Of a stretch of 64,000 nucleotides of DNA, positions 53,396 to 64,000 are shown piece after piece. The notes below the pieces were generated by a model. It searched no databases, was not told the origin of the DNA, and saw only the letters and a list, made by a program, of their open reading frames with translations. The DNA is from Tubulanus polymorphus. Its lineage: Eukaryota > Animalia > Nemertea. Position 1 is the first letter of the stretch. Each line of letters opens with the position of its first letter. The position numbers and the translations under genes are program-made. The stretch lies in the NCBI RefSeq assembly GCF_964204645.1, contig NC_134027.1, forward strand, positions 1,768,485 through 1,832,484, read 5' to 3'.

Positions 53396-56300
53396 GTGTC
53401 TATTGATTCGTTGCGGATTCAATTTGGTGTTCGCGTCGGTCGAATTCGAATCGAACTAAAACACAATTTACGAAATATTCGATTTTGCGATTGAAAAGCG
53501 CCGAAATTACGACCGAACCGACGCAAAAACACGCGTCCACAATCAACTAATAACCGCATTTTATCACCAGTTGGAAATAAAACGAAGACATCTTCGCCTG
53601 ATTAGATAGCCTCAAATCTATTTACACGGGTCAATACAGTTCCTCATTGATACATCAAACAACGTTTCGATTCAGAAATTTACTTTCGCTTTTTTGATCC
53701 GAACATAGAAAATAAACCCGAGGCAATATATCGTGTTTGATTCTTTTTCGATTCGCTAATATCAACTTTTTTCTCAAATTCAAATTTCGTATCGCGGAGT
53801 CCCATGTCAATTTCATATTGACTGACTGATTAAAAAAGATGTCGGACAAATTCAAATAAGAAAATTGATTTAGAATTCTGTCAGTGTTGTGGCGGACTTT
53901 GTATACATGTGATTCCGTTACAGGAAACTGAGAAGATGTGCTAGAGTTCGGCAGTCGTCTGCAGTGACTCGAATGACACAATACAGCTTCGACGTTTTCT
54001 CAATTTTTTCGTAACGAATACAATCACCACCGATCTATAGCAGGCGTTCATATAAATGAGAACAAACAAAATGATAAAATCAGACAGCTTCGCTCGTATC
54101 TTTGTCTACCACAGATCCGGAACCGGCATTAATTATCCGGTTTAAAGGGATGACGTTTGACCATAACGATTGACCGAACAATAAAGATCTCTCGATACGT
54201 GACCAGTTACAGCCAGTATAAAGACAATCTAGAGATAAAACGACCCATTGGACTACAATGTGCATGTATACGTCCTTTGTAAGAGAACGATTTTCTAGGT
54301 CCATTCCGATTTCTCTTAACTGCGTATAAACCTAAAAATCATGTCTTCAATGTGAGAGAAAACTGATTAATTCTGGTGGTTTTTTTTCACAGGCACCGTT
54401 CGTTATATATATACTTCATTTGTTGTTTCATTTCTATTCAGCGCCGACAGTACATAGCGAAAAAAATATTTGCCGTATGATCAAAATCCTTATTTTCAGG
54501 GTGACCTTTTCTAGAATCATCTAGAAGATAACATTTTTTCAGATCGTATTTCTTAATCTATGTAGTTATTAGAAGATTAGTATCGACGTTAGATGTTCAT
54601 AAACGGAAGAAGTGATACCTTCAATATAACCGCTAAGCACGGATAATGGGTCACGTGTCGACCTGGTTATCAGTGTGAAGTCATCCATCTAAAGCCGCTA
54701 ACAACCTTATGTTCTAATACGTTCTAACGTAGAATTGTAGAAACTCGTCGTTTGATGCTTTTAAACACAGGATTTTCTTTTGTAAATTCACTATTCCGAG
54801 TTCTACTTCTTTCCAGGTTATGCGTACGACCGTGCCTTTGATGATAACCCATTAGTGACGAGTGTAAGAAAGTAAGTAAAAAGTACACCACGACATTTCC
54901 AACGGGTATTTCTAGCTTTAATTCAGTATTTAATTCACTCAGCGCATGCACTTTAGAATTGCAATTGAAACGGATTTGCTTCCCTTCAAGGTTTCATTAA
55001 CATTTAAAATCCATAAAAGGTGAATGCTCTCTTCGCGCGTTTCACCGATACATTAGCGACAGGGGTTACGCACTGGCCGCACCTCAGGCTCGACGTTTTG
55101 AGGGCTTTTACAGCAACGAATCAAATCACGCCTAGATATTTTTACTCAATGCAAAGAATAACGCCAACGTAAACTTGCTTTCCACCGCGTGGTGCGTCAA
55201 AAAGAAATGCACTATAGGATCTTACTTTCTCAGAAAAGTCACCTTTTGTGGAGCAGCTAAGCTGTTATAAAGCTAGGGTTTTACTTAGCCCTAGATGATG
55301 ACAATTCAATTTAAGTTTAATAAATGCGAGTGATTTTTATTACTCTGTCTCATGAATCATGATCATTTCGAAACAGATTTTCTGATCATTTCCACCGTCA
55401 CGTTTCTGACAATGGCTTCACGAAAAACTGGAATCCGTCGCCGTAGATCAGGCTGAATATTAAACATTCTGAGAAGAGTTAATGTTTCAAGCAAATTCCA
55501 TTCGGACCTGAAGACGTGCGTGCGTGCCTGTTTGTATTCTGCGGACATCGTCGAGATGCATTATCAAAATGGATTCTTACGTACGCATGTCTGCTCACTG
55601 AATGAAGTGATGCTTCACTTTAGATGGAGGAGACACTGCGCGAATTTTCATCACTGGTGTCACTTAGAAAGTCATTAGTAAGACCAGGAACATATGCGCC
55701 ACGTAATATGTTCTAAGTTTGCGCAACAGCCTTTTGTTTTAGACTTGAAAACCAAGCACCGAATGATGTTATAAGTCATTCTTGACCAATATGAAACACG
55801 AACGTAGTTCGTAGAAATAACTGTCGTTTGTGAGAAATAATTCTTACGAAGCCGAATAGGAAAAAACAGGAACAACAACAAGTCGAATAATCGAATGATG
55901 TTAACCCAGTCGTGTTCTGCCTAATAGTGTTTTATTAGCTACTACACGAAATGTGTCTATTTTGTGCGTAATTTCCTGCACGAGAAGTCCGATGTTTATG
56001 GAATTGGTTTCTTTTCGATTGTCGTCTTGCCACTGCCGGAAACCATTGACGTTGGCGACACATTGTCGAATGCTTAGCACATCCTCTCTGAAATATTCGC
56101 GCTATTTCTCGTCGCATGCACCATGACGTCTAATCGACACTCCCTCATTCATTCATAGCACATATAATGATAAGATTGAGCCTACATTATTGATTACGAG
56201 TTGCAGATGATACGTGCGAGAAGAAGTCATACATCAGGTATATCTAAACTGGACTCGATAACGTCTTATTGAACAATGAATTTGATGAAGAGGTTACCGC

Positions 56301-56954
56301 CATTAACCGAGTATTCATTCATTAGAGGTGCAGCAGACTATCCCATACGAACTAATACGCTTTAAAACATGAATCAATATAGCGAAACATAACTTCTAAA
56401 TCGATATGTTTATTATCATTCAAAATGCACTTTTAGACTCATCTCTTCAATAAGCAATCACTTATGTGTACGGAAAAGTAAAGAATCCCGAAATGAAATC
56501 ATTTCTTTTTCGCGCGCGTGGCAATTTGAAAAAAGACGACACTACCCTGGGAGTTTTTGTCGTGTCTTTAGAATTTACTTCCATGTGACATTTCATCACG
56601 TATACGACGATATCGCTAAACGGACAGTGCACCAGCGCTGAACTTGACATTCAATATCGGAGAAATTGCTTTCCCTCAACTTGTGTGAATCAAGTGAAAA
56701 GCAGTTTTATCGAAACCATTCAATGCTTAATATTTTATCGTCTCGGAGTCACTTGGCAACGCGTTGACAAGAAAGCTCTTATGTCAGTCAAATTCCTTGA
56801 GCGTCGACCCATAAGGAAAATGTTCCATCAACTAGCAGCATATCAGTAAAGCTATAGGATAGCCATGTATCTCAGTGAGGTTTACGTATAATATATCGAA
56901 TAAACTAATCTCGATGAAGCAATATGAGGTCCGTGTTGTGATGGTGATAATTTA

Positions 56955-57355
56955 GAAAATCCCACAAATAAAAAATAGAATCCGAAGTGTTTCCTTGAGC
57001 TAATAGTTTACTCGATGTTTCGGCTTTATGCTAATAGTCGAGTATTGATAGCTCAAGGAAACTGTAACGTATAATCATATCTTCGGAACACGATTCAAAC
57101 TCAACTGTAGCAGACAAGCATCTATTCGATCATCATTTTTACAACTTCCGATATGCGTGACGATACAAAAAAACACGTCTTGAAATGTAATAAATTATTA
57201 ACAATAATTGTTTTGAAAAGATAGAAACATATTGCATTTGTAAATCTGTGCATTGCTCTGTGCATACTGTATCATTAGTATTCCTGAAGATGACCATAGT
57301 CGAAACGTGAAATAAACTCAACAGCTCAAGGAAACAATACTCCGATTCGTATCTT
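56955..57355. mobile_element. PLE-like remnant: inverted and direct terminal-repeat fragments with a minimal hammerhead motif at about 57284-57308
   Basis: CTGAAGA-TGAC-cata-GTC-GAAAC-GT followed by aataaact..agctcaaggaaac; an inverted copy at about 56975-57030 and a partial direct copy at about 57035-57063. Confidence 0.6.
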
Positions 57356-60300
57356 CTTCTTTAAAGATTATAGCGTATATCATCGTCTCAGAATGTTTCT
57401 TCTAGATTTTCGACCGATGAACTTGATGAACCAATTCTTGAATGTAAATTATCCGCGATGTTCAATTTTCTTTTTATCGATGGAACTAAGTTTCACGCGT
57501 AAGACTTTATGGCGAGTTGATAAAAGACTCGGAGGTTAGAAGATACGAACTGTAGAGAGTATGGCGGATGATTAGACAATTGAATAAACGCGTACGAAAC
57601 GGTCGAACGCCTCTGAGGATATTGTTTATAACGACGACTTATATACCCGAGTTATTTGTTGGCAAAGTCGCCCCGGGAGCAATTTGTGTCTCATCCCGAC
57701 TTTATTACTGTCATCAGCGAGTTATTACAAGCGGCGGTTGTAAATAAATTCCATCTTCCCTTTTGGTCGTGTCGTTATCCACCGACTGTTGCCATTTACT
57801 CGCGAAGGGCGATGACTATAACCTATTGGAAATCCGATAGAGCTGCTAGACGTTTTTTTCTGAGTCCGTTTTTTTCATCCAGCATCCAAAGCTTGAAAAA
57901 GAAAAAAAATGATCTTAAAGCCACAGCACGGATAAGCTCGGCGGTACTTAAATTCTAGATATGGAGTTTTATCCGTCGCTATCTTGTACTGAACTCCATT
58001 ACTGACTTAAGAAGTGCTTAATGCGCTTCTTGGTAGCAGCATTGTACTGAATTTATTTCAATCAAACGCGACTGCAATGAAACATCGTTTCTACAATCGA
58101 ATCCATACAGCTGTATATTATACTTTTTGTAGAAACAAATACGGGAACGTGATTTCTATATCTCAAATGTTGACAAAATGGGAAAAATAAAAAAGTGAGT
58201 ACGCTATGATTTACTCGGTGTAAACGGAAATTCTTGTTTATAGGAGCGTCACACATTGGTAGTGATAGACGGTACTGCTAGTCGCTAGGTGATGTTGGCT
58301 TGAAACAGTTACAAAAAGGTTACAAGTCATTGGGTGTAGAATTCTACAACGGCAATCACGTGTATGAATTATTATGACGAGAGAAGAGATAATCTACCTA
58401 CACAGCAGACGGCTTTATCACAAAATCCACTACAGAGCCATAAATTCATTCTTCAAACGACCTTAACTGTATAATTCATGAGAAATAAGCTCGACATCAA
58501 AAGTTATACAGAATAACACTCAAAACAATTAAGCTCACGAATACTAGAACACGTATTTGCTACTTCGGTGTCCGTCTAACTGTTATCATAACAGAACTTA
58601 TTCAGTCGTTGAAGATACGACCAAAATACTGCCCCACAATATACAGGTTTATGGGGCATATATATGTAATATGACCATCCCACAATATCAACGAACAATA
58701 GCTAGCTTAAGATTGACATATGGAGTCACATTACTTCTATCCATCCTCAGAGATTTATCTAAAACATTTCACATTTTTATAGATCTCTAAATATGGATAC
58801 AAATAATCTCTTCAATCAATTGTTGTGTGGTTATTATTGCAGTTTACACTACATAGACCATACGACTGGTCCAAATTGATTTCGATGTAAATATGCTTAC
58901 ATAGGATTAGATCTCGATACAGTATATTATGCGCTAGGGGATCTACAGATGCATCAATCCGTCAAAATATGAGTGATAAAGAAGAGATCAGTAAATGCAA
59001 GTCGACAGGTGACGAGCAATGAACACGATCGGAATAGCAATAAATTGCAAAGAGAAGCTGACCTTTGTTGACTACTGATTGATAAACTGCGTGACTCGAA
59101 GCCCTAGTTTTTTTTTTAAAACAAAATACATCACCCCCAACGTATCAACGTATGCGTTTGTAACTAGATGTATTTCGTATACATCAGCTATTTGAATTTC
59201 ATTTACAATACATTAAAGATACAGTTAACAAATTAAACAAATAGTAACATATTATCTTACACACAATATGTCAATCAAACAAGAGTATAATTTCATTTGC
59301 AGTAACCCAACTTTTAAAAGAACAATATGCACAGCTCGTTAACTCCGATTGCAGATATGTAGTTTCCAATTCTTAAAAACATGAATTAAATTACCGAAGA
59401 AAATTCACGATAAAGCGCAAATAATGGGGGTGTAACTTTCGTGTCCGATAAGTAGATTTAGCGTCTCTACTAATGCATCTAATGAGCTGTTAAAATAGAA
59501 GCAACGACACCAGAATCCGTAATTCTATCCTTTAACAGAATGTGAATCAGTCTGTATGTAATTGGATTTAGATGTTTCTTGTCTGTCATTATACGACATC
59601 GTTAGTCATTAGGAAGGCGAGAAAAGCCTTATTTCAGCGCCTAGAAAATTTGATTGACATAATCCGCAGAGATTCAATTTACTGACAGAAAAATCACTGC
59701 CAAATATAAGAACGGATCAAAGGGTGGATATTTCGAGATGGATTTTTTCGTCAAAAACGTTATTTCTTGTCGAATGTTGAAGTTCGTTCAATCGTTATGA
59801 AAGTTAGAAAATTGAGAAGATGAAAACATCGACTGTTTGCCTAAGAAACATTCACGTCGAAATAAGATATTTTACATTTTTGGTTACAGCCACTCGTCAT
59901 CAAATATAGCCGGAAATCAGATGATTCAGTTTGATATTTTGTACGGTTTTTCCGGAAAACTAGCGAAGGTTGAAGAGCGAAAAGCTCTTCGACAAAGAAG
60001 AGTCGATAAGCATCCGGTTAGGGGTAAGAGATGCTATTAATGGGTTACTTCTTCTGATTAAGTTGTTGAGACGCCGTGCTCCATCAGATATTACACATTT
60101 GTCCCATGTTTCTGACCAGACATAGCTCTCAATTATGCACAATTCATTGCTCTCTGGACGAAAGAAACATTACTGAGTAAGTGGCTGAGTGCTTTTATAA
60201 GGAAGTGTCCTGGGGTTAGTCTGCAAAAAATATACCAGACAGAAACTGCGTGGTTTGAAAACTCGCAGCAAATCCAGTTTACATATGCGTCACTTTCGTG

Positions 60301-61156
60301 TTGTAATTTGATATTTAAAAAAATGGATCAATGATTTTTATCTTTCAGATTTATACATTTATCATGAGTATTCTAAATTATGAGGACAACATAAAGACGT
60401 GTTCGTTTGTTACATTATCACTGTATCATCCATAATAGATATATGTCTGTCATTGTCCGTCGTTGAGTGGGCCTTTGATGAATATTTAGACAATCCGTGA
60501 CCTGATCTGGTTTGTCTGAGATGACCAACCGACAGGAGTCTACGTAAACAATAGGGTTAGAATGGTAAAAAGGGATAGAGAGAGGGATAGAGGGTTAGAG
60601 ATAGACCTAGAAACCATCATATCATGTATTATTCAATCGGCTGTTCCGGGCCCATGTGGCTTCGATAAAGTTACAGTGTCCGGATAAAGTCGCAACTCGA
60701 ATCGTTGCTTTAACCAACAAATAGATTTTCTATCAACCGTATATTAAACATTCCAGCAGATGAAGTTATCGACACAACAGATCGGAAACGGAGTCAAACT
60801 ACGAGGGTACGGCTTTCCTATTCAAATAAAAATACAATAACGTATTCGTTGTTAGTTCCGTATTTACGTTCGTGTTGACATCCGTGTGACACGAGAGAGA
60901 TTACTTTGTATTTCTATCGAACGCAAACAAATTATGTTAATAAAGGATAAGTATTATTTTCATACTTTCGTTAATCAGGAAACAGTTGTCTGACTGACAC
61001 GAATCCATATCATCATTACAGTTTCCCGTGACCGGACGAGATGGGATGATATACTGTCTCGGTGCGTAAAAATAGATTCGTACCATTTGAAATAATTTTG
61101 GCGTGGAAGATATTTCCGCGTAGCGCTGAGAAAACATGCCAGCGAAAATCCCAACA

Positions 61157-61209
61157 CCGTGCTGGAGTCTCAAGACGCTATCAGGTTCGAGTCCCTGTCG
61201 AGGGAGGAT
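61157..61209 (+). mobile_element. Solo TIR fragment of the CATCCTC MULE-MITE family
   Basis: gagtctcaagacgctatcaggttcgagtccctgtcgagggaggat aligns with the 87-bp repeat unit and the TIR at about 3910-3962. Confidence 0.7.
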
Positions 61210-64000
61210 TTAAATTCCCACCGCACACGAAGTAAGGAAACAAGGAAACAGGATACATGTTTCCCTCTGTCGTGCTCGTTTACGAAAAATGAGAAATATG
61301 TTTGTGTATGTTCGTGTTTCTGTGTTTATGCGTTTCCCTGCATCGCGTGTGTTAGGCTTACTGCCTGGCATGGTGCGGTGCATGTCGACAAGTGGTTTTT
61401 CAAACTCGTGATTGATGAAATAATATCCGATTCACTTTTTAGATCGCATAAAAATCACGATTAAAATAACCCAAAATTATAAGAGAAAAACTATAGTTTG
61501 ACGCGAGGTGCGTGATTGGAGATTGATAAGCTTGTATGACGAATAACACAATGTATTTGTGCAAAATACCGTTAAAACCAATTTCCATCAGGTATCGTCA
61601 ATGGTTCGAATTGTTCTACATTAGTGCATTGAACGAATTTTGGGACCATGGCTAAATTGCTAATAGCCTGCAAGCTAGGGTTACATTAGAGGGAGCGCTG
61701 ACCCTATCGAAACGTAAGCCGATACAGCTGCTGTCGATTTTGGACTGGAGTAAATGTTTTGATGCGTTCATGTCAGTTTACGTAGTCAAAGTTAATAGCG
61801 TAGATATTATGTGGGTGTCATCGATGTTTTTTGCTAAGCTATCAGACATCGTTCGAGTAATCCGTTCTTTGATCCAATCCTGTCAACAGCATGACTCCCT
61901 ATATACTTATATAACATTTGTTTACGTTTCCGAGATAACCGAAGATAATATCTATAATGCATTCGGGTTTTTTCGTCTCACAATCGACCGCACTACTGTC
62001 AACTACTGAATAAAACAGAGAAGGTCAGCGCCAGAAATACGCACTTTTTCCGGGAACGCATTCAATGCGTAAAGACATTACAGACTAACTAAATACCTAC
62101 CGCGCTAACGTTAATGGCACATAGCTTTCGTAAATAGTTAGTCTACCTGTCACCGGTTTGTCTATTATTGATACGAAATCAAAATATAAGCTGAAGCAAA
62201 TGTTTACAAGATGCGTAATTTAAAACTGCGAGATAATTGAAAACTAACATTTCGAAGTTTACCTTTCGGATTCATTGCTGTGTTTAACATCAGAGCGTCG
62301 AATGCGCCGTGAAACTCGACACTGATTCAGAGCGAACGGGAAACAAGAGTAACGCATTGAAACCAAACTGTTCTTACGACATGGAACTTTGCTTTTTCAA
62401 GGACCGAAAACAATGTTCCACGCCCGCAGTCATGTCGTGCCGTGCAATGTTTTTCTTGTTTTGACGCCGTTAGAAACCGTTGATTTTACACCGATAACCA
62501 CTATGCACTATTTGAAGGGGTAATGGGTGCGTCGATGTGCATTACGTCATCAATATTGGCGTTTCAATATAACAATTACAATTGGAAAAACATTGATGTT
62601 TGTTTTGATAAAATTTGATGCGTCACTTTTACTTTTCCATTTATGGAATTAAATTGAATTTTTTTTGCATTTCAAAATAACGTGAATATTCGTGGATTTT
62701 TAGAATTTCAAAAGCCAGATGATTATTTCTCGTTTAGTCGATTTTCGTGACGTCATCAATATTGGGGCTAGACTCTCGTTGCCAGTCAATTCGATTTATT
62801 CCAATTCAAATGCATACTTAATTTATTGATCTTTGATGTAAATCATATTATTTCAATTTTATCGACAGTATCCAATTCAAGTCGCCAATAAGCTTCCAAG
62901 TTAGTTTTCTTGTTGACTTGTTTTACTCTGATGAGAATCTATTCGCTCATTTCAATACAATTCTTTTCTGAATCTCACTATTTTAAAGGGGCTCAAAATC
63001 AGAGAGTAAATATGTATACGCAATTTCTGTTGGTTTCCACCACAATATTGTAACAGGAAACCAAAACCTGGTAAAAGCGTTTCATTTACAATAGCAAATC
63101 CAACGACACAACGCGATGTTTGCGTATCGACTACAAAAATAATGTTCAGATTTCCTGCATCAATTATTCACGATGTGATATTTACCGAAAAAAATGATAC
63201 AGTGAAATGGCGATATTAAGACGTTCGCTTATGAATAAATGATACATCGATTTGAAAAAAAGATATCAGTTTCAGCTGTCTTTTATTTTTTTTCCTACAA
63301 AGATTTGTTTTCATTTCAACCCACAGGACCAACAAACGTATTTCATTGAGCTGAAATAAAGTGAATCTCAAATATCATCAGTTCGAAAGAATCAAAATGT
63401 TTGCGAATGCCAACAGTAATAATTCATATGTGTTTGGTAATTTTTATACTATTCATTGAAGATGCAGTTTCCTGTCGTTTGCCGAATGTGATAAATCAAA
63501 AAATAAGTTCCTAAGAATATTCACCACACACACAAATCAGTATGATTAATTCTTCTATCGTCCTTGGGAGTTGGAGGGAGGGCGCTTAATTGTATCAGTG
63601 TCGTGTTCAATAGCGGGTCATTAGTAACAGTCATTATTACTTGTCAAGACTTGGTATATTCTGATTGCTCTTTGAACAAAATACCATCCTAGTGTCACCG
63701 TGTCAGAAGTTATACCATTAATTAACGGCAGGATGACAATTTCTGCCGTCTGCGGATAATCTCGGATAGTTCAGTTGCAATATGGATAAAATGATTTTAG
63801 ATTTCTACTATTTGTTTTTATGTTTTATGAATTCTACGCTGAAATGTTTTGAAGAGATAAAAGATCGAATACGTAGCATCCAGACACAATCTTGAAATGA
63901 TATTCAAAGCTTATTCGCCGTGCTCTGCACGCTTCAGATTCCTATTTCAACACTCGTGCGTTTTTACGTCGCCCGTAGGAGTGACGAACGACAGTTATCC

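Noticed and set aside
53250-53494. Cys-rich (metallothionein-like) or poly-Leu/Pro ORFs
   Set aside because: Generated by a CTG/CCG repeat; no splice or homology support.

Overview
AT-rich, intron-containing animal genomic DNA, probably an invertebrate (lineage is inferred, not shown). It is not prokaryotic, and most ORFs in the supplied track are spurious. Genes reconstructed from splice sites and protein motifs: (1) the 3' part of an MTSS1/MIM-family gene (I-BAR/IMD plus WH2; + strand, 14 exons, 3487-21407, first exons upstream of the window); (2) a complete DOK/IRS-type PH + PTB adaptor with a long Tyr-motif tail (+, 26965-31323), carrying an initiator tRNA-Met gene in an intron; (3) RPL14 (-, 32239-34667), whose last intron holds FIVE tandem U49/SNORD49-like box C/D snoRNAs; (4) the probable first coding exon of a second DOK-like PH gene (38708-38764); (5) an intronless divergent class A GPCR (47006-48022). 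Many non-autonomous mobile elements are present. These include a Mutator-type MITE with a 9-bp TSD and tRNA-like A/B boxes in its TIRs, one end of which seeded an 8 x 87-bp array in the MTSS1 3' region. There are also fold-back Penelope-like remnants with hammerhead-ribozyme motifs, Harbinger, piggyBac, Tc1/pogo and Helentron-type MITEs, an L2/CR1 tail, a tRNA-Pro-derived SINE head and simple repeats. All calls are by eye; no searches were run.
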